A stretch of DNA of 38,488 nt, counting the filler, from Heptranchias perlo (taxonomy: Eukaryota), in NCBI RefSeq assembly GCF_035084215.1. It is 2 parts of 2 records of this genome, joined end to end, with 100 filler letters (N's around TTAATTAATTAA, not from the genome) between each part and the next. Parts side by side here need not be neighbours in the genome. Positions count along the whole stretch, not along the records: positions 1 to 15,286 come from NW_027139272.1; positions 15,387 to 38,488 come from NW_027139328.1. The stretch is one strand, 5' to 3'. Shown here one piece after another: positions 10,738 to 21,149 of this stretch (position 1 is its first letter; each line of letters opens with the position of its first letter). The translations under genes and the position numbers were made by a program. The notes under the pieces are model-generated. The model searched no databases, was not told where the DNA came from, and saw only the letters and a list, made by a program, of their open reading frames with translations.

Positions 10738-11040
10738 ACCAGAGAGGTTTAGGGACGGAATTCCAGAGCTTAACGCCGAGGCAGCTGAAGGCACGGCCGC
10801 CAATGGTGGAGCGATTAAAATCGGGGCTGCGCTAGAGGCCAGAATTGGAGGAGCGCAGAGATCTCGGAGGGTTGTAGGGCTGGAGGAGGTTACAGGGATA
10901 GGGAGGGCGAGACCATGGGGGGATTTAAAACAAGGATGAGAATTTTAAAATCGAGGCGTTCCCGGACCGGGGGCCAGTGTAGGTCAGCGAACGCAGGGGG
11001 TGATGGGAGAACGGGACTTGGTGCGAGTTAGAATACGGAT
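10738..11040 (-). mobile_element. L2-clade LINE fragment
   Basis: Reverse-complement homolog of 11645-11925 (for example GCAGCTGAAGGCACGGCCGCCAATGGTGGAG vs CTCCACCATTGGCGGCCGTGCCTTCAGCTGC). Confidence 0.85.
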
Positions 11041-11565
11041 TTCAAGCACTGAATCGAAAGCAAATTCTCGACACTCCTTCCCTCACCAACTCCCTTCTCT
11101 CCTCCTCCTCCTCTCTTGAATCCATTAACCTCTTGCTGGATAGGGTTCCACAGACAGGGGTCACTCTCCAGTATATCGCCCCAGTGACCATTAAACACCT
11201 GTGAGCCTTGACACTAAGCATCAATAGGCTTTTCAACACAGCCTGGCCAGATCCTGGCCCGTCCGATGTCCAGACACGCACAGTTCCAACACTGTTTGAT
11301 TTAGAGTGGGGATAACAGTCCCCTCCCTAACCCAGGGGCCCTGAGGCCACATGTCGCGGCCCTACAACCATCACCCCAGTTGGGATCAGTTTAAAGTGGC
11401 TTTTAACCACCCAGCACAGAGAGTGTCTAAAACAGTGACTGGTGACCCTCTGTGCACAGTCTCTTTGGGTTACAGTCCAGTCTACCTCCAATCCTGAGAC
11501 ACCAGCCGAGTCACCCCACTGGCCACAGGTATTGGAGTATCATTCGATTGCTCAAGCCCACTTAC

Positions 11566-11614
11566 TCTTGCTCAGGCGACTACAAAGTATGACCCAGAAA
11601 CTACCCAATAGCAT
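11566..11614 (-). CDS. Candidate leader (signal peptide) exon of the MHC class I-like gene
   Basis: ATG CTA TTG GGT AGT TTC TGG GTC ATA CTT TGT AGT CGC CTG AGC AAG A|GTAAGT = MLLGSFWVILCSRLSK, 49 nt, phase 1, consensus donor. Same strand as and upstream of the phase-1 alpha-1 exon, in non-repeat sequence. Against: weak Kozak context, Lys at -1, and an L2 fragment only about 30 nt upstream. Confidence 0.33.
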
Positions 11615-11644
11615 CCAGAAAATGTGGTGTTCCCTTCCCTCCCT

Positions 11645-12090
11645 GTCACCCGTTCCCCACCCACCCCGTGCTCGCTGACCTACATTGGCTCCCGATCCGG
11701 GAACACCTCGATTTTAAAATTCCTCCATGTGTTCAAATCCCTCCCTGGTCCCGCCCTTCCCTATCCCTGTGACCTCCTCCAACCCTACAACGCTCCGAGA
11801 TCTCTGCACTCCTCCAATTCTGGCCTCTTGCGCATCCCCAATTTTAATCTCTCCACCATTGGCGGCCGTGCCTTCAGCTGCCTCGGCCCTCAGCTCAGGA
11901 ATTCCCTCCCTGAACCTCTCCGCCTCTCCACCTCTCTCTCCTCCTTTAAGATGCTCTTTCAAACCTACCTCTTTGACCAAGCTTTTGGTCACCTGTCCGA
12001 ACATCTCCTTACGTGGCTCAGTGTCAAGTCTTGTTTGATAATCGCTCCTGTGAAGTGCCTTGGGACGTTAAAGGCGATATATAAATGCAG
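11645..12090 (+). mobile_element. L2-clade LINE 3' end
   Basis: Decayed L2 C-terminus (LADLHWLP-type motif in CTCGCTGACCTACATTGGCTCCC; PRSLHSS; GGRAFSCLGPQLRNSLP; SSFKMLFQTYLF) and tail TGTGAAGTGCCTTGGGACGTTAAAGGCGATATATAAATGCAGGTTGTTG. Confidence 0.88.
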
Positions 12091-12114
12091 GTTGTTGTTG
12101 TTGTTGTTGTTGTT
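12091..12114 (+). repeat. (GTT)8 microsatellite forming the L2 tail
   Basis: gttgttgttgttgttgttgttgtt directly visible. Confidence 0.95.
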
Positions 12115-12803
12115 ACAGCGACGATGAAAGAACAGCGATATATTTCCAAGTCGGGATGGTGTGTGACTTGGAGGGGAACGTGCAGGTGGTGTTGTTCCCA
12201 TGTGCCTGCTGCTCTTGTCCTTCTAGGTGGTAGAGGTCGCGGGTTTGGGAGGTGCTGTCGAAGAAGCCTTGGCGAGTTGCTGCAGTGCATCCTGTGGATG
12301 GTACACACTGCAACCACAGTGCGCCGGTGGTGAAGGGAGTGAATGTTTAGGGTGGTGGATGGGGTGCCAATCAAGCGGGCTGCTTTGTCCTGGATGGTGT
12401 TGAGCTTCTTAAGTGTTGTTGGAGCTGCACTCATGCAGGCAAGTGGAGAGTATTCCATCACACTCCTGACTTGTGTCTTGTAGATGGTGGAAAGGCTTTG
12501 GAGAGTCAGGAGGTGAGTCACTCACCGCAGACTACCCAGCCTCTGACCTGCTCTCATAGCCACAGTATTTATATGGCTGGTCCAGTGAAGTTTCTGGTCA
12601 ATGGCGATCCCCAGGATGTTGATGGTGGGGGATTCGGCGATGGTAATGCCGTTGAATGTCAAGGGGAGGTGGTTAGACTCTCTCTTGTTGGAGATGGTCA
12701 TTGCCTGGCACTTGTCTGGTGCGAATGTTACTTGCCACTTATCAGCCCAAGCCTGGATGTTGTCCAGGTCGAGCTGCACGCGGGCACGGACTGCTTCATT
12801 ATC
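12115..12803 (-). mobile_element. LINE 3' fragment of a second CR1/L2-group family
   Basis: QLDLDNIQAWADKWQVTFAPDKCQAM, ILGIAIDQKLHWTSHI, TIYKTQVRSVMEYSPLACMSA, KKLNTIQDKAARLI, SLHHRR; sequence distinct from the dominant CR1 family. Confidence 0.88.
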
Positions 12804-13809
12804 TGAGGGGACTGAGACTACAAAAACATCACCTGGTGTTTACGATGGTCTCCCACAATATTTCAAGGCCTCCTTATCTCTAGCCTTCCAGGCAGTTCGA
12901 ATAACACTTTTCCAACGTGGCCAACCTGCCCAGCATGCCGCCTTGAACAGTCAGTTCAACAGTTCCGATGTTGAATTAATACTTTTAACCAAACTCAGCT
13001 CCTTTAGCAGGTAATTAATCCTTAAAACTGGTATTTAAAAGTCCAAAATCCTTCACTGTAAAGTGCTTTTGGTCACTTCCACCGGGATCTAGTCCTGATA
13101 CGGACCCTACAGGAGTACTTAGTGTTGGGGGGCACTGGGGAGCGGAACTGAGGGAGTTCTGATGGATGGTGCCATGTTTACAGTCCCATCTCTTCCAATG
13201 ATGTCCGCATGGAGTGGGGGTGGAGGGGGGTGGAAAGGACACAAGAGGTGACCCCTCACACTCTCGGTGAAATTTCCCAACTTTGGGGGAAAAAAGGGAT
13301 GGAGACCTGGAGCAGCCGGGTCCAGTTCCAGAATCCAGCCCCGATTACATTGCCTCTGCCACCACCCCACTCCCCAAAGGAATTTCGGGCCCAGATTTTG
13401 TGAGGAAAGCAGGGACTTGAGAGAGGGAGAGGTTGGGGAGGGTGTCCGCCTGGAGAGAGATGGGGGCAGCGGGGCAGCCAAGGATCGTACAGCATAGGAG
13501 AGCAAACAGAAGCGGGAGCAGTCGGGAAAAATCAAATGAGGAGCAGTGTGAGAGACGGAGAGACCAGTAAAGAATGGGGCCCTGGGGTAGAGGTAGGGAG
13601 CAGCAGCAGAACGGAGGCCTGAAGAGGGAGGGAGTGGCAAGCAGATCATGGGCCTAGGAAGGAGCTTTTAAATTCAAGTGCCAAGCCAGAAGTCTTGCAT
13701 TACAGTCTCGTGCAGAACCTCAGCGTCCGGGCACCGGGCTTTTTTTAATGGATGAAAGAGACCATTTTTATTTTCCCAACAGTATTCTCCATCTAATTAT
13801 GTAGGAAAC

Positions 13810-15286
13810 TAATTCTGAATCAGGGACCATAATTAACAGTAATGAAGAAAATAATGGCACTAAAGAGTGACAAATCCCCAGGACCAGATGGTTTCCATCC
13901 CAGGGTTTTGAAGGAAGTCGGTGAGAACATTCCAGAAGCTCTAACCATAATCTTCCAAAGTTCTCTCGATTCAGGAACCGTTCCTTTAGATTGGAAAATT
14001 GCACACGTCACTCCACAATTTAAGAAAGGTGAGAGAGAGAAACCAGGGAATTATAGACCAGTTAGCCTAACATCTGTTGTTGGGAAATTACTAGAGTCTA
14101 TAATTAAGGATCGAGTGACTGAACACCTCGAGAATTTTCAGCTGATCAGAGAGAGCCATCATGGATTTGTAAAGGGTCATGCCTTGAAGAGGTGACTCAA
14201 GTAATGGATGGGGGAATGTCTATGGATGTTGTTTATATGGACTTCCAGAAGGAAATTGATAAAGTCCCTCATAAGAGAATGTTAGCTAAAGTTGAAGCTC
14301 ATGGAATTGAGGGCAAATTATTGATCTGGTTAGGAAATTGGCTGAGCGGCAGGAGACAGGGAGTAGGGATAATGGGCAGGTACTCAAATAGGCAGGATGT
14401 GACTAGTGGTGTCCCACAGGGATCTGTGTCGGGGCCTCAACTATTCACTGTATTGATGATGACAGAAAGAAAGACAGCATTGTCAGCAGTGCAGATGGAA
14501 GCATAAAATTACAGAGATATTAATAGATTATGTGAATGGGCAAAACTGTGGCAAATGGATTTCAGTGTAGGCAAATGTGAGATCATCCACTTTGGACCTA
14601 AAAAGGAGAGATCAAAGTACTTTCTAAATGGTCAAAAGCTGGAAACAGTGAAGGTCCAAAGAGACTTAAGGGCCCCTGTACATAGATCATTAAAATGTTA
14701 TGGACAGGTGCAGAAAATAATCAAAAAGGCTAATGGGATGCTGGCCTTTATATCTAGAGGACTAGAATACAAGAGGGTAGAAGTTATACAGCTGTACAAA
14801 GCCCTGGTTAGACCACACCTGGAGTACTGTTCTGGGCACCGCACCTTAGGAAGGGAGTACAGTGTAGATTTACGAGAATGATACCTGGGCTCCAAGGGTT
14901 AAATTACGAGGAGTGATTACACAAACTAGAATTGTATTCTGTGGAATTTAGAAGATTAAGGGGTGATTTGATCGAAGTTTTCAAGATATTAAGGGGAACT
15001 GATCGGGTAGATTGAGAGAAACTATTTCCGCTGGTTGGGGAGTCCAGGACAAGGGGACACAGTCTAAAAATTAGAGCCAGGACTTTCAGGAGTGACGCAA
15101 AGGGCGGTAGAAGTTTGGAACTCTCTTCCGCAATCGGCAGTTAATGCTCGCTCCATTGGTTTTAAATCTGAGTTTGATAGATTTGTGGTAACCAAAGATA
15201 TAAAGGGATGTGGGGATAAGGCTGGTGTCTGGAGTCAGCTCACAGATCAGCCAGGATCTCAATGAATGGCAGAACAGGCTTGAGAG
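13810..15286 (+). mobile_element. CR1 LINE RT region, decayed, running to the contig end
   Basis: KSPGPDGFHPRVLKE, NYRPVSLTSVVGKLLESII, DVVYMDFQK, GVPQGSVSGP, LYKALVRPHLEYC; many frameshifts and deletions; 3' UTR just before the gap. Confidence 0.94.
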
Positions 15287-15386
15287 NNNNNNNNNNNNNN
15301 NNNNNNNNNNNNNNNNNNNNNNNNNNNNNNTTAATTAATTAANNNNNNNNNNNNNNNNNNNNNNNNNNNNNNNNNNNNNNNNNNNN
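15287..15386. other. Artificial contig spacer: 44 N + TTAATTAATTAA + 44 N
   Basis: Symmetric 100-nt gap with a palindromic 12-mer that gives stop codons in all six frames. Confidence 0.95.
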
Positions 15387-17325
15387 GCCCCTAATGCTAT
15401 GGCTGTCCCAGTCAATGTTGGGAAAGTTAAAGTCCCCTACTATTACCACCCTATTTTTCTTGCAGCAGTCTGTAATCTCCTTACATATTTGCTCCTCAAT
15501 TTCCCGTTGACTATTTGGGGGTCTGTAGTACAATCCTATCAAAGTGATCTCTCCCTTCTTATTTTTCAGTTCTACCCATATGGACTCAGTGGGCGAACCC
15601 TCGGATATATCCCCTCTCACTACCGCCGTGATGTTCTCCCTAATCAAGAACGCAACTCCCCCTCCTCTCTTACCTCCTGCTCTATCTTTCCTATAGCATC
15701 TGTACCCTGGAACATTGAGCTGCCAGTCCTGCCCCTCCCTCATCCATGTTTCAGTAATAGCTATAACATCCCAGTCCCATGTACCCATCCATGCCCTGAG
15801 TTCATCTGCCTTGCCCATCAGACTTCTTGCATTGAAATAAATGCAGTTTAATCTAGACTTCCCTTGGTCTTTGCCCTGCTTTCTCAGACCATCTGTCCGG
15901 TCATGTTCTGTACACTCTCCCTTACTGCCTTTTGTTTCTGTCACCATTTTATTTCCCACTGACTTCCTGCATCGGTTCCCATCCCCCTGCCACATTAGTT
16001 TAAACCCTCCCCAACAGCACTGGCAAACACTCCCCCTAGGACATTGGTTCCAGTCCTGCCCAGATGCAGACCGTCCAATTTGTACTGGTCCCACCTCCCC
16101 CAGAACCGGTTCCAATGGCCCAGGAATTTGAATCCCTCCCTCTTGCACCATCTCTCAAGCCACGTATTCATCTTAGCTATCCTGTCATTCCTACTCTGAC
16201 TAACCCGTGGCACTGGTAGCAATCCTGAGATTACTACCTTTGAGGTCCTACTCTTTAGTTTAATTCCTAACTCCCTAAATTCAGCTTGTGGGACCTCATC
16301 CTGTTTTTTACCTATATCGTTGGTGCCTATACGCACCACGACAACTGGCTGTTCACCCTCCCCCTCCAGAATGTCCTGCAGCCGCTCCGAGACATCCTTG
16401 ACCCTTGCACCAGGGAGGCAACATACCATCCTGGAGTCTCGGTTGCGTCCGCAGAAACGCCTGTCTATTCCCCTTACAATCGAGTCCCCTATCACTATAG
16501 CTCTGCCACTCTTTTTCCTGCCCTCCTGTGCAGCAGAGCCAGCCACGGTGCCATGAACCTGGCCACTGCCACCTTCCCCTGGTGAGCCATCTCCCCCAAC
16601 AGTATCCAAAACGGTATACCTGTTTTGGAGGGAGATGACCGCAGGGGACCCCTGCACTGCCTTCCTACTCTTCCTCTGTCTGTTGGTCACCCATTCACTA
16701 TCTCCCTCAGTAATTTTTATCTGCGGTGTGACCAACTCACTGAACGTGCTATCCACGACTTTCTCAGCATCGCGGATGCTCCAAAGTGAGTCCATCCGCA
16801 GCTCCAGAGCCGTCAAGCGGTCAAACAATAGCTGCAGCTGGACACACTTCCCGCAGGTGAAGGAATCAGGGATACAGGAAGGAGCCCTGAATTCCCACAT
16901 CCCACAAGAGGAACATGACACGGCTCTGGGATCTCCTGCCATGACTTAACCCTTAAGTTAGCTTAACAACAACTGCAATGTCAAGAGAAAAAAAAGGAAA
17001 GAAAAACTACTTACCACTCCCTTTAAGGAGTTTACTCCTTTAAATTGTTCTCAATTTAGAGAATGTTAACTACACTAGGGACCTTGATTCACTAAAAAAT
17101 AAACGCTACTTCCTATAAGACCTGCAGACCTTCCCTTTCCTTTTACTTCAGTTACTGTCGATAAGTAGAAATACTCACCTGAACCTACTCACCAATCAGG
17201 TGCCTCCCCTGTGTCGCGTCCCGATCTGATTCCTGACGTCACTTCGAACTCGGTCGCAGCTCCGCTCGGCTCCTCTCAGCTGTTCTCAGCGCTCTGAAAT
17301 CCCGCCTTTTATCGGACGCTCCCTC
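15387..17325 (-). mobile_element. CR1 LINE 5' half: 5' UTR, intact ORF1, and ORF2 endonuclease start (cut by the gap)
   Basis: ORF2 N-terminus CIYFNARSL, ITETW, YRKDR, GGGVA, GLYYRPPNS, VGDFNFPNIDW is open up to the gap. ORF1 lies upstream, preceded by a CpG-containing 5' UTR. Confidence 0.95.
15995..16942 (-). CDS. CR1 ORF1 protein (315 aa): CxxC...CxxC zinc finger, leucine zipper/coiled coil, SGNH/GDSL esterase
   Basis: CSSC-x16-CGKC; LQLLFDRLTALELRMDSL heptads; SGNH blocks VIGDSIVR, LPGA, IGTND, DGLHL. Uninterrupted from ATG to TAA. Confidence 0.93.
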   Translation of the reverse strand: MAGDPRAVSCSSCGMWEFRAPSCIPDSFTCGKCVQLQLLFDRLTALELRMDSLWSIRDAEKVVDSTFSELVTPQIKITEGDSEWVTNRQRKSRKAVQGSPAVISLQNRYTVLDTVGGDGSPGEGGSGQVHGTVAGSAAQEGRKKSGRAIVIGDSIVRGIDRRFCGRNRDSRMVCCLPGARVKDVSERLQDILEGEGEQPVVVVRIGTNDIGKKQDEVPQAEFRELGIKLKSRTSKVVISGLLPVPRVSQSRNDRIAKMNTWLERWCKREGFKFLGHWNRFWGRWDQYKLDGLHLGRTGTNVLGGVFASAVGEGLN

Positions 17326-17509
17326 AAATTAAATGAATCCCACCAATTTCACTTCAATTAAAAAGGTATACTCAAGGGCCCTTGCTGAACAGCAGTCCCC
17401 CACTACACAACAGAGACCCGAGAATCCACAAACTCTAACCTCAGACAAATTCAGCAGGAAAATACTCACCAGCCAATCACTTACCTCGTCCTTGGTGACG
17501 TCCCACTTG

Positions 17510-17995
17510 GATGATTGAGAGTAGACTGATGGGGCGGTAATTGGCCGGATTGGATTTGTCCTGCTTTTTGTGGACAGGACATACCTGGGCAATTTTCCAC
17601 ATTGTCAGGTAGATGCCAGTGTTGTAGCTGTACTGGAACAGCTTGGCTAGAGGCGCAGCTTGTTCTGGAGCACAAGTCTTCAGCACGACAGCTGGGATGT
17701 TGTCGGGGCCCATAGCCTTTGCTGTATCCAGTGCACTCAGCCGTTTCTTGATATCACGTGGAGTGAATCGAATTGGCTGAAGACTGGCTTCTGTGATGGT
17801 GGGGATATCGGGAGGAGGCCGAGATGGATCATCCACTCGGCACTTCTGGCTGAAGATGGTCGCAAATGCTTCAGCCTTGTCTTTTGTACTTCACTGCTGG
17901 ACTCCGCCGTCATTGAGAATGGGGATGTTTGCAGAGCCTCCTCCTCCCGTTAGTTGTTTAATTGTCCACCACCATTCACGACTGGAAGTGGCAGG
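17510..17995 (-). mobile_element. Internal RT-proximal fragment of a LINE, probably the same second family as 12115-12803
   Basis: LDTAKAMGPDNIPAVVLKTCAPE, WKIAQVCPVHKKQDKSNPANYRPISLLSII. Confidence 0.88.
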
Positions 17996-18179
17996 ACGCT
18001 TCCCAGGAGTGGAATCAAAGCCACGCTGAACTTTCTAACCTCCAACTTGCTCTGATCAGACTGCCCATCACATCGCAGACTCGAATCGAACTCAGTCTCA
18101 GGCACAGCTTTGGTCTCATTACTTCCTAATCAGCAGCGACTGTCGTTATTCATTTCTCTCCTCCTTATTCCCCCCACAG

Positions 18180-18305
18180 ATGGGACGTTCCGAGTGACTC
18201 CGGGATCTTCAGAGGGACCGAATCTGGGTTTAATTGTTGGAATTGTTCTTGCTGCCGTCGCCCTGATTGCTCTCGTCATTGGTGCCGTTGTCTGGAAGAA
18301 GAGAG
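18180..18305 (+). CDS. Connecting-peptide/transmembrane exon of a type-I membrane protein (compatible with an MHC class I heavy chain)
   Basis: Strong acceptor TTTCTCTCCTCCTTATTCCCCCCACAG|AT at 18179/18180. Phase-1 frame (D)GTFRVTPGSSEGPNLGLIVGIVLAAVALIALVIGAVVWKKR has a 24-aa hydrophobic helix followed by a basic stop-transfer motif. Donor AGAG|GTAGGA at 18305/18306 gives 126 nt; readthrough would end at TGA 18314-18316. Confidence 0.8.
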
Positions 18306-18433
18306 GTAGGAAATGAGGACAGGATCTGTCCCACACGGGGATGAGCAGGTTCAAATGTTACAGCACAAATGGCAGAAAATTAGAGACTTCCCATCGACAT
18401 GTGGGAAACTCCGACACAGTCCAGTGATGGACA

Positions 18434-19368
18434 GGGACCCGTACAGGGAGTGAAGGGACCGGGGCCCCGTACGGGGAGTGAAGGGACCGGGGCCCCGTAC
18501 GGGGAGTGAAGGGACCGGGGCCCCGTACGGGGAGTGAAGGGACCGGGGCCCCGTACGGGGAGTGAAGGGACCGGGGCCCCGTACGGGGAGTGAAGGGACC
18601 GGGGCCCCGTACGGGGAGTGAAGGGACCGGGGCCCCGTACGGGGAGTGAGGGGACCGGGGCCCCGTACGGGGAGTGAGGGGACCGGGGCCCCGTACGGGG
18701 AGTGAGGGGACCGGGGCCCCGTACGGGGAGTGAGGGGACCGGGGCCCCGTACGGGGAGTGAGGGGACCGGGGCCCCGTACGGGGAGTGAAGGGACCGGGG
18801 CCCCGTACGGGGAGTGAAGGGACCGGGGCCCCGTACGGGGAGTGAAGGGACCGGGGCCCCGTACGGGGAGTGAAGGGACCGGGGCCCCGTACGGGGAGTG
18901 AGGGGACCGGGGCCCCGTACGGGGAGTGAAGGGACCGGGGCCCCGTACAGGGAGTGAAGGGACCGGGGCCCCGTACAGGGAGTGAAGGGACCGGGGCCCC
19001 GTACTGGGAGTGAAGGGACCGGGGCCCCGTACGGGGAGTGAAGGGACCGGGGCCCCGTACAGGGAGTGAAGGGACCGGGGCCCCGTACAGGGAGTGAAGG
19101 GACCGGGGCCCCGTACAGGGAGTGAAGGGACCGGGGCCCCGTACTGGGAGTGAAGGGACCGGGGCCCCGTACGGGGAGTGAAGGGACCGGGGCCCCGTAC
19201 GGGGAGTGAAGGGACCGGGGCCCCGTACGGGGAGTGAAGGGACCGGGGCCCCGTACGGGGAGTGAGGGGACCGGGGCCCCGTACGGGGAGTGAAGGGACC
19301 GGGGCCCCGTACTGGGAGTGAAGGGACCGGGGCCCCGTACGGGGAGTGAAGGGACCGGGGCCCCGTAC
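18434..19368 (+). repeat. 28-bp GC-rich minisatellite (GGGAGTGAAGGGACCGGGGCCCCGTACG), about 33 copies
   Basis: Near-identical tandem units with few variants (GAAGG/GAGGG; TACG/TACA/TACT). Confidence 0.97.
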
Positions 19369-19379
19369 TAATCACTAAT

Positions 19380-21040
19380 TAACCCTGCCTCATTTCACAA
19401 TACTCGATATAAAATAGTCCGTTCCCTGGTCAGTTCCTCGACATATTGTTCTGGAAAACTACTTTTGCCAATTTGGTTTGCCCGGTCGATATGAAGATTA
19501 AAGTCCCCCACGGTTATTGCATTACCCTTGTTATATGCTCCTCTCATTTCCTGAATTATCCTCTGTCCAACACTGTCACTACTGTTCGGGGGCCTGTAAA
19601 CTACTGCCAGTGATTTCTGCCCCTTGTTATTTCTTTGCTCCACCCAGAGAGATTCGACATCCTGAATTTCTGAGCTAAGACACTTTCTCATTCCTGTCCT
19701 TATCCCATCCTTTATTATCAGGGTTACCCGCCCTCCCCCACCTCCTTTTCCATTCTGCCTTTCTTTTCTAAAAGTCAAGTACCCTGGAATATTTCGTTCC
19801 CAACCTTGGTCACCCTGCAGCCATGTCTCAGTAATGGTTACTGGATCAAACCCATTTATCTCTATTTGTGCCATTAATTCATCTATCTTGTTACGAATAC
19901 TTTGTGTATTCAGATACAGTGCCGTTAATTTTAACTTTTTCAGATTTTTCCCTGATGTCACTAATGTCCTGTTACCTTTGTTAATCTCTCTATCCCTTCC
20001 TCTGCTTGTTTTTACCCAAAACTCTACTCAGTTCTACAGCTTTGACTTTTCTCTTTAGACTGATAAATTTACCCTTACCTGAACCCACCCCCTCTTATTA
20101 ATTTAAAGCCCTGTCTCCAGCCCTAGTTATTCGATTCATCAGGACACTGGTCCCAGCCTGGTTTAAGTGAAGCCCGTCACAGTGGAACAGCTCCCTCTTT
20201 CCCCAGTACTGGTGCCAGTACCCCATGAATTGAAACCCCTGTCTCCCACACCACTCTCAGCCACACATTTAACCATCTAATCTGTTTGTCCTGAAGCCAA
20301 TTCGCACGTGGCTCAGGTAGTAATCCAGAGATTATTACCTTTGAGCTTCAGCTTTTCAATTTGGACCCGAGCTCCTCAAACTCCCTCAGCAGAAACTCAT
20401 TCCTAGTTCTCCCGATGTCATTGGTTCCTACGTGGACAACAACAACTGGATCCTCCCCCCATTCTCCAAGTTCTTCTCCAGCCGTGAGGAGATGTCCTTA
20501 ACCCCGGCACCGAGCAGGTAACACGGCCTTCGGGACTCCCGGTCACACCTGCAGAGAACAGTATCTAACCCCCTGACTATACTATCCCCCAACACTAACC
20601 CACTTGAATGGCCTCCTGTCCATGTTGCCGTGGTCAGTTTGCCCATCCTCCCTGCAGTCTTTGTTCTCATCCACACAGGTAGCAAGTACCTCGTACCTGT
20701 TGGACAAGGTCAAAGGCTGAGGCTCCTCCATCACTGCCTCCTGGGTCCCCAGACCTGCCTGACTCACAGTCACATCCTCCTGTCCCTGACCACTGAACGA
20801 ATCTAAACCACCGCCTAATCTAAGGGGTGTGACTGCCTTCTGGATCAAAGTGTCCAGGTAACTCTCCCCCTCCCTGATACATCACCATGTCTGCACCTCG
20901 GACTCCAGCTCAACAACTCGGAGCCGACGTTCCTCGAGTTGCAGACACTTCCTGCAGATGTGGTTTCCTGGGATCTCACTGCTCTCCACAAACTCCCACA
21001 CGCTGCAGTTACAGCACCACCTGCACTGTCATCTCCATCC
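19380..21040 (-). mobile_element. Decayed CR1 5' part (ORF1 zinc finger/esterase remnants and ORF2 endonuclease start)
   Basis: LYLNTQSIRNKIDEL, ITETWL, VVYRPPNS, VGDFN; ORF1 remnants VLGDSIVRG and LTLSNRYEVL; multiple frameshifts. Confidence 0.9.
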
Positions 21041-21149
21041 AACCCCGTTTTATTTATTGAATTCAAGTTTTTATGTAATTCATTCACTTGGTTTATTTTT
21101 CAAATTAATTTATTTAGTTCAAGTAATTCATTTAATGAAATATTAGCAA

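Noticed and set aside
18380-19375. 331-aa Pro/Gly-rich ORF on the minus strand
   Set aside because: Translation of the 28-bp minisatellite.
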